The position numbers were made by a program, and so were the translations under genes. Positions 57,274 to 64,000 of a stretch of DNA of 64,000 bases are shown here, piece by piece (the stretch's first letter is position 1; each line of letters starts with the position of its first letter). The notes under the pieces are model-generated. The model did no database searches. It saw nothing but the letters and a program-made list of their open reading frames with translations, and was not told the DNA's origin. This DNA is from a virus, in IMG/VR virus record IMGVR_UViG_3300045988_180880, positions 64,001 through 128,000 of that record; one strand, 5' to 3'.

Positions 57274-57831
57274 ATGTCAACAAGAAGTACTATTTCAGTT
57301 AAGATACCTACTGAAATGATTGGAAAGGTATACGAGAACATTCATGGACATCAAGTTTATCTAGGAGGAGAGTATATGGTTATTTACTGTCACTTTGACG
57401 GTTATTTAGATGGTGTTGGAGAGATTTTGCAGTGTTATTATGATTCATTTGAGAAAGCTTTTGAGTTAATTCTAGGTGGTGATATCAGTTCCATCGCAGA
57501 GTCTCTTGAGGGTTGTGACTATTATGTTCGAAGAGGTGAGAGTTGGGAGAATAGCAAACCAGCTTTTTCAGATAAACCACCTAAGAGAGTTGAAGAGTAT
57601 TTATATATCTTCGAATCAGGAAAGTGGTATGTTTATAATGGGTATAATTGTAATGGACCGCTGGAGGATTATCTCAGCCCGGAAATCTCTTCAAAAGATG
57701 ACATGATTTCGTTACCTAAGAATTTTTGTTATTATTTACATGGTTATTTATCTGGGCTGTCATCTACCCAGCGAGAAGATAAAGGACTTGATTCTATAAT
57801 TAAAACATTGGAGGGTTATTTAGATGTTTAG
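57274..57831 (+). CDS. Hypothetical protein
   Basis: ORF. Confidence 0.5.
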   Translation: MSTRSTISVKIPTEMIGKVYENIHGHQVYLGGEYMVIYCHFDGYLDGVGEILQCYYDSFEKAFELILGGDISSIAESLEGCDYYVRRGESWENSKPAFSDKPPKRVEEYLYIFESGKWYVYNGYNCNGPLEDYLSPEISSKDDMISLPKNFCYYLHGYLSGLSSTQREDKGLDSIIKTLEGYLDV

Positions 57832-58201
57832 AGTAATTATTTGTGGTTCTAGAGAATTTGATGATTACGATCTTCTTAAGGAGAAGTGTGATCTTATTTT
57901 ATCAAGAAAAGCAGCAGACCCAACGGAAAAGATTGTGATTGTTAGTGGATGTGCTAGAGGTGCTGATAGACTTGGAGAAAAATATGCTGAAGAAAAAGGT
58001 TATGAAGTTTTGCGTTATCCAGCTGATTGGGATAGATATGGAAAAAGTGCTGGGTATAGGAGAAATAAACAAATGGCAGAAGTGGCTAATGCATGTATAG
58101 CTTTCTTTAGTTCGGTTGCAGAGAATAAAGGAACTAAGAATATGGTATCTCTTGCAAGGAATATGAATCTTCTTGTAAGGGAGGTAAAAGAAGAGGATTA
58201 A
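57824..58201 (+). CDS. SLOG-superfamily / DUF2493-like protein
   Basis: VIICGSREF.D, VSGCARGADRLGE.YA, YPADWDRYGKSAGYRRNKQM. Confidence 0.6.
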   Translation: MFRVIICGSREFDDYDLLKEKCDLILSRKAADPTEKIVIVSGCARGADRLGEKYAEEKGYEVLRYPADWDRYGKSAGYRRNKQMAEVANACIAFFSSVAENKGTKNMVSLARNMNLLVREVKEED

Positions 58202-58229
58202 AAGCCTTATATATGTAATAAAAATAAAT

Positions 58230-58478
58230 GTGAGAAATAATATGAAAACAGTAAAAGTAATTGTAGGTACCTCTGTAATTATTGGAGGTATATATTTAAT
58301 ATATAAAGCAGTTAAGAAGACGAATAGTGTAATAGATGGTGTTTCAGAAGTAAAAAATAAGATGAACACTTTTATACAAGATCAAGCAATTAACTGGATG
58401 AAAGATATTAATAAGAACTTAGAAACAAAAATAAAGGAAAAAGAAGACAAGTTACTAAACGATAAAGAAAAGAATTAA
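58230..58478 (+). CDS. Small membrane protein
   Basis: TM segment VIVGTSVIIGGIYLIY. Probable start is the ATG at 58242, 24 nt after CCTTATATATGTAA. Confidence 0.5.
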   Translation: MRNNMKTVKVIVGTSVIIGGIYLIYKAVKKTNSVIDGVSEVKNKMNTFIQDQAINWMKDINKNLETKIKEKEDKLLNDKEKN

Positions 58479-58520
58479 CGGGTTCTTTTAAGTTTGTAAT
58501 ATTGTTGTACCCTATTTAGT

Positions 58521-58556
58521 CCATCGGTCTGTGAAGATAGATGGATTTTATTTTTC
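58521..58556 (+). terminator. Rho-independent terminator
   Basis: CCATCGGTCT..AGATAGATGG followed by ATTTTATTTTTC. Confidence 0.5.
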
Positions 58557-58574
58557 TTCCTTTTTGAGTCCTTT

Positions 58575-58644
58575 AAAGCCTTATTAATGTAGAGAAAGAA
58601 ACTCCTTAAGCTAACAATGAAATAGCTTAGGGAGATTTTTTATT
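58575..58644 (+). ncRNA. Candidate short transcript (promoter-like motif plus terminator)
   Basis: AAAGCCTTATTAATGTAG, then the hairpin CTCCTTAAGCT..AGCTTAGGGAG and ATTTTTTATT. No ORF between them. Confidence 0.3.
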
Positions 58645-58667
58645 AATAAACTTAAAAGAGAATAAAA

Positions 58668-59080
58668 ATGGAAACAGGAGAAATTACAAGACAAGCAAAA
58701 CAAAGCTTAACTATCTTTAAAAAAAACAACTTCATGAATGTCAGTGTAGAGAGAATCGATTAAAAGAATATTATGAAAAGAAGTGGCTGACAAAGAAAGA
58801 GTTTTTAAAGAAAATAAGAAAGCAGAGAAAGAAAAGAGCAGAATTTGCAGAAAAGTATCTCACTAAATATAATGAATTTAAGAATCTTGGAGAAAAGATG
58901 TCACTAGAGCAAGAAAATTATGCTAGGGATGCAGATATAATAGTAAGTAGTTGGTTTATAATAACTCACCAATCATTACCTAAATTATTTATCTTAGCTG
59001 GAATGGTATCTGTTATAATGAAGAAAATAACTAAAGATTTTTGGTTATTGAGTGAGAAGAAAAAAGAGAGGGAAATTTAA
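58668..59080 (+). CDS. Small membrane protein gene split by an A8 run (frameshift site or error)
   Basis: The frame starting at ATG 58668 stops at 58763. The -1 frame is open from 58721 to 59080. The frames overlap on T TTA AAA AAA at 58716-58726. Confidence 0.4.
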
Positions 59081-59100
59081 TCCCTCTCCATTTATTTTTT
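59063..59100. terminator. Bidirectional terminator between convergent genes
   Basis: AGAGAGGGA..TCCCTCTC flanked by an A-run and a T-run. Confidence 0.6.
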
Positions 59101-62100
59101 TATTTAAAGCTTACAACTGGGAACTTAGCCGCGTCATAAGATAAACAGTAATCACCTTCTGGACCAGCTACAGCATCTTGACATACCATAACTACTTGAC
59201 TTTCATTTTTAGTGCCACAAACTGAAGCAGGATCAGCTGGATTAATCTTTACTCCAGCATGAACTAAATTATTAAAGTTAACAGTAATCTTACCGTCACC
59301 AAACAAGTTATTAGCATTAACCTCTTCTTCAGTCTTATTAGTATAATCTTCGCAAATCAAGAAACCTTGCCATGGAGCTCTAGTTTCCCATTGATCTACA
59401 GTACAGTTATTAATATTAACAACTACACCAGAAGCATTAGACTTATTACTTAATCTAAGAGTATTACTGATCTTTTCGAAATAACAGTTATTCAATGTAA
59501 TAATAGCATTGTCTTGAGTACCGAATACTAAGATAGCATTATTACTGAATTCACCTTGGAATTTACAATTATCGAACAAGATATTTTTCGGAAGTACAGA
59601 ATTGCTTGCTAGACCAATCTCAATACCGTTATAAACTTCAGATGCATCAAATACCATATCTTTGAATACGATAAATTCAGCATTATTTACGCTTATTACA
59701 GTATTTCCATTAGCTTTCGGGAATGAACCTGAAATATTTAGATCTTTGGCTTCTACATCACCAGCATTCAATTTAAGTCTAGCATTATCACTTACTTTAA
59801 TTGATTTTAATGAGATAGACTTACCAACGATTTCAGCATTTTCATTAATAGATCCTGATACGATATAATCCTTAGAAGAATCTTTCAATTCACCAGCAGA
59901 ACCGTCAACACTTACAACTTCAGTATTTGTTTTAGTAAGAACATCAACTTTACTTTGAAGAATTTGAACTGTTGCATTCAAAGCTTCAAGAGTATTGCTA
60001 AGACCAGCTACATCTTCTAAGTATGCAATTTTATGAGCTTCTTCTCCTAATTGACCAGCTTCTTGTACAGTTGGACGTACATCTTTCGGAGTATTGATAT
60101 TAATCGGAGAAACAGGAGTACCAAGATCTACTATTCCCCAACGATTAAGTTGAACAAGATTATTTCCTCCGCCCAATAACATATCACCCTTAGCTAACTC
60201 AACAGCTTTACGATTAGGTAATTGTTCAGAAGGAATATCTTTATATTTTACCTGTCCTTCAATCTCCTCTTTTGTTGCATATGGGGTTAAATCTACGGGA
60301 GGAATAGCAGCAATAGCTTCTTTAATCTTACCATCTACTTGAGCTTCATTTTGGAAACCTAGATCGTTTTCAAGTTCAGATACTTTAGTAGGAACATTAC
60401 CGATCTTTTCTTCAAGTTCAGAAACTTTAGTATCAGTAGCACTCATATAAGCTTCAAGATCAGATTGAGATGCCTTAAGATTAATATTATCTTGAAGTTC
60501 GGCTGCTTTAGTTTCTAAATCTTCTGAAAGAGCAATTCCTTTAGAACCATTAAATAGAGGACGAGGTTCAGATCCAACTAAGTTAAGATCCATACCAGCA
60601 GAACCAACCTCTACTTTATCATCAGCACTTACTTTTGCCAGGTTAAATCCAGCAACACCTTCTGCATTAACACCACTCAAAGAATCACCATTAGCAAGTT
60701 CGATAGTCTTAGAACCATCTTCGAGAACTTTATAAGAAATCAATCCTTCTTTTGCAGCTTCAATATCTTCGGTAAGAGCAATTTCCTTAGTATCATTATA
60801 AGTAGGACGATCTGCAGAACCATTAAGATTCAATTCAACCCCAGGAGCACCAAAATCAGCTTTATCCCATTTAGACAACATTACTAGATTATGACCTTCT
60901 CCCTTAGTATCGATACCAGAAATATTGTCATAATTAGAAAGTTGAATTGTTTTACGACCTTCACCAAATTCTTGATACTTAACAACACCTTCAAGATCAG
61001 CAGAAATACCATCAACCTTTTCAGTAATAGCATCAACAGCAATCTTATCAGCCTTAGAATCAAGACCTTCGTTAACTGTAGCAAAACGATTATCAACACT
61101 TTCTGCATCAGCCTTAGTAGCTAATTGTTCAGTAATCGCATCAACTGCTATCTTATCCGCTTTTTGATCAAGTGCTGAATTTATATTTTCTACTGCACTA
61201 TCAACATCTGCCTTATCAGCTTTAGTTTCAAGAGCAGCCTTAACTTCTTCTATCTGTGCCGAACTAGATTCAACATCACTCAGGTACGCAATCTTATGAG
61301 CTTCTTCACCAGACTGACCTGCTTCTTGTACAGTTGGACGTACATCTTTCGGAGTATTGATATTAAATGGGACGCTAGAAGAACCAAAATCAGCTACACC
61401 CCAACGATTAAGCTGAACGAGACTAGATGTACCACCTTCTAAGTTACCACCTAAAATAACATCACCATTCTTAAGAACAATAGCTTTACGTTCTGGGAGA
61501 TTAGAGTCAGCTACATCTTCATATTTAACAGCTTTCTTATTAATAGCATCGATAGAAGAAGCAAGATTTTCATTAACTGTTACTAGGTTAGCAGCAACTT
61601 CTTGAACATTCTTCTTAATTTCATTGATACCTTCTACTTTAATACCTGCTTCAGATACACTCAAGTAAGATTCACTGGAAGGATCTAATTTAATAGAGAA
61701 TCCATTTTCAATCAATTCAATACCATTACCAGCTACGTAAGTATCAACCAAAGAGCTAAGATCAACTACTGAAGTTTGTTCTCCTTCAGAAGTGTTAAAT
61801 ACAAAGGTCAATGATTTATCTTCTGCAGAGTACTCAACAGATTTCAAGAATTGGTCTGCAGGAATATTAATAGTACCAGCAATTTTATCACCTACTTGAA
61901 GTTCATAAGTTAAGTCATCTTTCTTAACTAATGCAATAGTTTCCATATTGCCATGAACATCTTCAAGAAGGGCAATTTGTTTGGAATCGTTATAAGTAGG
62001 TCTTTCAGCAGAACCGTTTAAGTTGATTTCTACTGAACTAGAACCTAGATCTACTTTATTCCACTTAGAAACCATAGCAATATTCACAGCACTACCATCA

Positions 62101-62741
62101 GTAGTTTTTCCGCAAATATTATCATGATTGTTTAGGAAAATAGTCTTACGTCCAGGATTTTGTTCAGTTGCTGTATCTTCATATTTAACAGCTTTTTCAA
62201 GTTCTGGACGTATCTCATTATTGAGTCCTCCGTTTATGGTGCTGAAACCGTCTGCAACATTCTTATTGATATTATTAACAGCTTCAACAAGATTATTGTT
62301 TACAGTTGCAATATCAGCTGCATTTTTTTCAATTTTTCCTTCAAGTTCAGTGAGATCAGCACCTTCACCGTTTACTTTTTCAGCTAATTCATCAATAGCT
62401 GCTTGAAGTTTAGCATCGCCTTCTTCACGATTAGTTACTTCAGCTGCAATACCATTATTAATAGTTTCGATAGCCTGAACAAGATTATTATTCAGAGTTT
62501 CGATAGAAGAAGCTACATTTTCGTTGATTTGATTTACCATTCCATCAACACGAGAAGCTTCTGATTCAATTTTTTCAGATAACTTAGCGTCACCTTCTTC
62601 ACGGGCACTAGCTTCTTCAGTTACCTTATTTTCTAGAGCAGAGAGTTGTTCTTGGATATCACCTGGAACTTCTCCACCACCTGTAGACGCGATATCGTAT
62701 ACAACTCCGTCAACACTAATCTTAGAGATTTTTTCGCTCAT
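59100..62741 (-). CDS. Large repeat-containing structural protein (tail fibre / receptor-binding candidate)
   Basis: 1213 aa. Coiled-coil-like N-terminal segments, five ~75-85-aa repeats, and a C-terminal region with beta-helix-like N/V-rich periodicity. Confidence 0.6.
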   Translation of the reverse strand: MSEKISKISVDGVVYDIASTGGGEVPGDIQEQLSALENKVTEEASAREEGDAKLSEKIESEASRVDGMVNQINENVASSIETLNNNLVQAIETINNGIAAEVTNREEGDAKLQAAIDELAEKVNGEGADLTELEGKIEKNAADIATVNNNLVEAVNNINKNVADGFSTINGGLNNEIRPELEKAVKYEDTATEQNPGRKTIFLNNHDNICGKTTDGSAVNIAMVSKWNKVDLGSSSVEINLNGSAERPTYNDSKQIALLEDVHGNMETIALVKKDDLTYELQVGDKIAGTINIPADQFLKSVEYSAEDKSLTFVFNTSEGEQTSVVDLSSLVDTYVAGNGIELIENGFSIKLDPSSESYLSVSEAGIKVEGINEIKKNVQEVAANLVTVNENLASSIDAINKKAVKYEDVADSNLPERKAIVLKNGDVILGGNLEGGTSSLVQLNRWGVADFGSSSVPFNINTPKDVRPTVQEAGQSGEEAHKIAYLSDVESSSAQIEEVKAALETKADKADVDSAVENINSALDQKADKIAVDAITEQLATKADAESVDNRFATVNEGLDSKADKIAVDAITEKVDGISADLEGVVKYQEFGEGRKTIQLSNYDNISGIDTKGEGHNLVMLSKWDKADFGAPGVELNLNGSADRPTYNDTKEIALTEDIEAAKEGLISYKVLEDGSKTIELANGDSLSGVNAEGVAGFNLAKVSADDKVEVGSAGMDLNLVGSEPRPLFNGSKGIALSEDLETKAAELQDNINLKASQSDLEAYMSATDTKVSELEEKIGNVPTKVSELENDLGFQNEAQVDGKIKEAIAAIPPVDLTPYATKEEIEGQVKYKDIPSEQLPNRKAVELAKGDMLLGGGNNLVQLNRWGIVDLGTPVSPININTPKDVRPTVQEAGQLGEEAHKIAYLEDVAGLSNTLEALNATVQILQSKVDVLTKTNTEVVSVDGSAGELKDSSKDYIVSGSINENAEIVGKSISLKSIKVSDNARLKLNAGDVEAKDLNISGSFPKANGNTVISVNNAEFIVFKDMVFDASEVYNGIEIGLASNSVLPKNILFDNCKFQGEFSNNAILVFGTQDNAIITLNNCYFEKISNTLRLSNKSNASGVVVNINNCTVDQWETRAPWQGFLICEDYTNKTEEEVNANNLFGDGKITVNFNNLVHAGVKINPADPASVCGTKNESQVVMVCQDAVAGPEGDYCLSYDAAKFPVVSFK

Positions 62742-62782
62742 AATTTATTCTTTCTTTTAATTAAACGTTTAATAAAATTTTC

Positions 62783-63076
62783 TTAATCATTTACAAGACC
62801 TAGGGTAGAATCTTTGTAAGTTACTGTTTCATCGTAGATCATCAATGTATCTGGGGATTTGAAACTTGCATGATAACTATTAGGAAGGTATAATACTCCA
62901 TTCTTGACATAAATTTTATTATTTTTGTCTTGAGTATCTGGATCTGTACCATTTACTTCCTGAATAGTTTTGCAATAGATTTCATAAATCAGCGGAAGAT
63001 TGTAACCTATATCCCCGAACGCATTGTAATCACTTCCAGGGTTGAATCCACAACCACAGTTGCAAAAATCATTCAT
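62783..63076 (-). CDS. Hypothetical protein
   Basis: ORF starting MNDFCNCGCGFNPG. Confidence 0.5.
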   Translation of the reverse strand: MNDFCNCGCGFNPGSDYNAFGDIGYNLPLIYEIYCKTIQEVNGTDPDTQDKNNKIYVKNGVLYLPNSYHASFKSPDTLMIYDETVTYKDSTLGLVND

Positions 63077-63130
63077 AATATTTTAATAATTATTATATAT
63101 TAAATAAACACTACACACTTCTTAGGAAAA

Positions 63131-63200
63131 ACAAAAGAACAACTACAAAATTTCTTTTATAATTGTTCTATGTCATGTATTAGGGTTTAGGTTTCCTAGG
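63131..63200 (-). repeat. Promoter-like motif plus conserved hairpin element, copy 3
   Basis: The - strand reads CCTAATACATGACATAGAACAATT..loop..AGTTGTTCTTTTG. Confidence 0.5.
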
Positions 63201-63221
63201 AGCGCAAAAACATCATTTGGA

Positions 63222-63252
63222 GAAAGAAAAAAGAAGGGAATTAACCCTCCTT
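63222..63252 (-). terminator. Rho-independent terminator overlapping the stop codon
   Basis: On the - strand: AAGGAGGG..CCCTTCTT followed by TTTTCT. Confidence 0.55.
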
Positions 63253-63957
63253 TATTTTTACATTTACGTTTCCAGTTAAAATGAAATAATCTATATCTAT
63301 ATTCCAACAAAGACCATAATGTTCTATTACATCACTTAATTCAATATAAGTATGATAACCAAGATTATATATAGACCTTATTTCTTTTACTGTACGAGTT
63401 GCAATATCACCTAATGTTTTCATATTCTTATGTTGAATATCATAATCTACTAAAGTATTAAGTGCTCTACGAGAAAGATTTAAGTCTCTTATACTAGTTT
63501 TTAATAATCTCATTCTCTTTTCTTGCTCTTCACTTAAAGTAACATCAATATTTTCTACATTTTTGATTCTCTTAAGTTCAGCTAATTCTATGTCTTTGGT
63601 CATGTTCTCTTTTGTTAACTTTTCAAGTTTTTCGAGAACTAGTTTATTGTTATCATATAAAAATTTTATATTATCATTAATATATTTAGTAAAATCACTT
63701 TTTGTCAAACCATAAGAATCTGCTAATTTCTTAATTTCATCAACATTCTTTTCTCCTTTTCCTTTATTAATAGAGTTAAGAAAAGTTAAGTATTTCCATA
63801 AAATTTCATTGATGCGGTGAAAATCTGAGTTATCATTATAGTAATGAATATTGTCTATTAAAGATGCAATAATTAATTCTTTGCAGTGTGAGTATCTTCT
63901 ATATCCAATTCTTATAATTCTTGTAACATCTTCTACTTCTTTGATCTCTTTTTTCAT
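63241..63957 (-). CDS. Protein with RNAP alpha-CTD-like helix-hairpin-helix C-terminus
   Basis: IRDLNLSRRALNTLVDY....TLGDIATRTVKEIRSIYNLGYHTYIELSDVIEHYGL. The frame stays open upstream to the window edge, so the N-terminus may lie beyond 64000. Confidence 0.5.
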   Translation of the reverse strand: MKKEIKEVEDVTRIIRIGYRRYSHCKELIIASLIDNIHYYNDNSDFHRINEILWKYLTFLNSINKGKGEKNVDEIKKLADSYGLTKSDFTKYINDNIKFLYDNNKLVLEKLEKLTKENMTKDIELAELKRIKNVENIDVTLSEEQEKRMRLLKTSIRDLNLSRRALNTLVDYDIQHKNMKTLGDIATRTVKEIRSIYNLGYHTYIELSDVIEHYGLCWNIDIDYFILTGNVNVKIKEG

Positions 63958-64000
63958 TTTTTCGATCTTTTCATCTAGCTGGCGTTCTAATTCTCCTAAA

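Noticed and set aside
57902-58369. - strand ORF 57902-58369 (155 aa).
   Set aside because: It is antisense to the SLOG gene and the small membrane gene. The translation is F/I/T-rich junk, and no promoter-like motif is present.
60884-62406. Short ORFs within the fibre gene on either strand (60884-61108, 60891-61124, 62128-62406, 62160-62387, 59662-59868).
   Set aside because: They are nested in or antisense to a 1213-aa ORF with coherent repeats. Their translations are low complexity.
1-64000. Origin from an organelle or a eukaryotic giant virus, both of which also carry group I introns in polymerase genes.
   Set aside because: The gene set is ParM-like, DnaB/primase, GroES-GroEL operon, lipobox lipoprotein, rho-independent terminators, HNH/T5orf172 endonucleases and fibre repeats. 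The compact operon overlaps fit a bacteriophage.

Overview
The window is visibly AT-rich, gene-dense DNA that reads as part of a large (jumbo-type) tailed bacteriophage genome. That assignment is an inference from gene content. The content includes multisubunit RNA polymerase beta' and beta homologues, a replication module, a nucleotide-metabolism module, GroEL/GroES, two tRNAs, a repeat-rich fibre protein and many homing endonucleases. Genes at 355-21616 and 47836-59080 lie mostly on the + strand; genes at 21649-47719 and 59100-63957 lie on the - strand.

The dominant feature is an extraordinary load of group I introns. I count 21 intron cores in five essential genes: beta' 10, beta 7, a DnaB-like helicase 2, an SF2 helicase 1 and thyX 1. 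They fall into two sequence families:
- Type A carries the textbook P/Q/R/S core elements (AATTGCTGGAA / AATCAGCA / TTCAACGACTAT / GATATAGTCT).
- Type B is divergent (AAATTCGGTGAAG / AATACCGA / TAACGAATAAAGACTTAC / AAATTTATATTCT) and always sits directly after a GGT codon.

Seven intron cores carry ORFs. Six of these carry recognisable endonuclease genes (HNH, T5orf172/GIY-like, PD-(D/E)xK, LAGLIDADG); the seventh carries only a small basic ORF with no nuclease motif. Exons shrink to 14 nt and 7 nt. One insertion in the beta' bridge-helix region looks like two tandem intron cores separated by a decayed copy of an exon.

Splice sites were inferred by hand from three things: P1 pairing with a terminal U.G, a G at the intron 3' end, and restoration of conserved RNAP, helicase and ThyX motifs. 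Treat them as accurate to a few nt, and as approximate where I say so.

Other points worth a second look:
- A roughly 350-nt structured leader is duplicated 53 kb apart, each copy in front of a paralogous SF2-helicase-like gene whose Walker-A lysine is replaced.
- A C-terminal domain is shared between those helicase-like proteins and a T5orf172 fusion protein.
- The phage encodes a ParM/actin-like ATPase.
- It also encodes 2H, DHH and SLOG nucleotide-processing enzymes and a CNNM/CorC-type membrane protein.
- A recurrent promoter-like motif, CCTTAT(A/T)(A/T)ATG, is present.
- A three-copy promoter-plus-hairpin element is present.
- Two promoter-plus-terminator mini-units are candidate sRNAs.
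- An A8 slippery run splits a small gene.

No CRISPR array, integrase or rRNA was seen.
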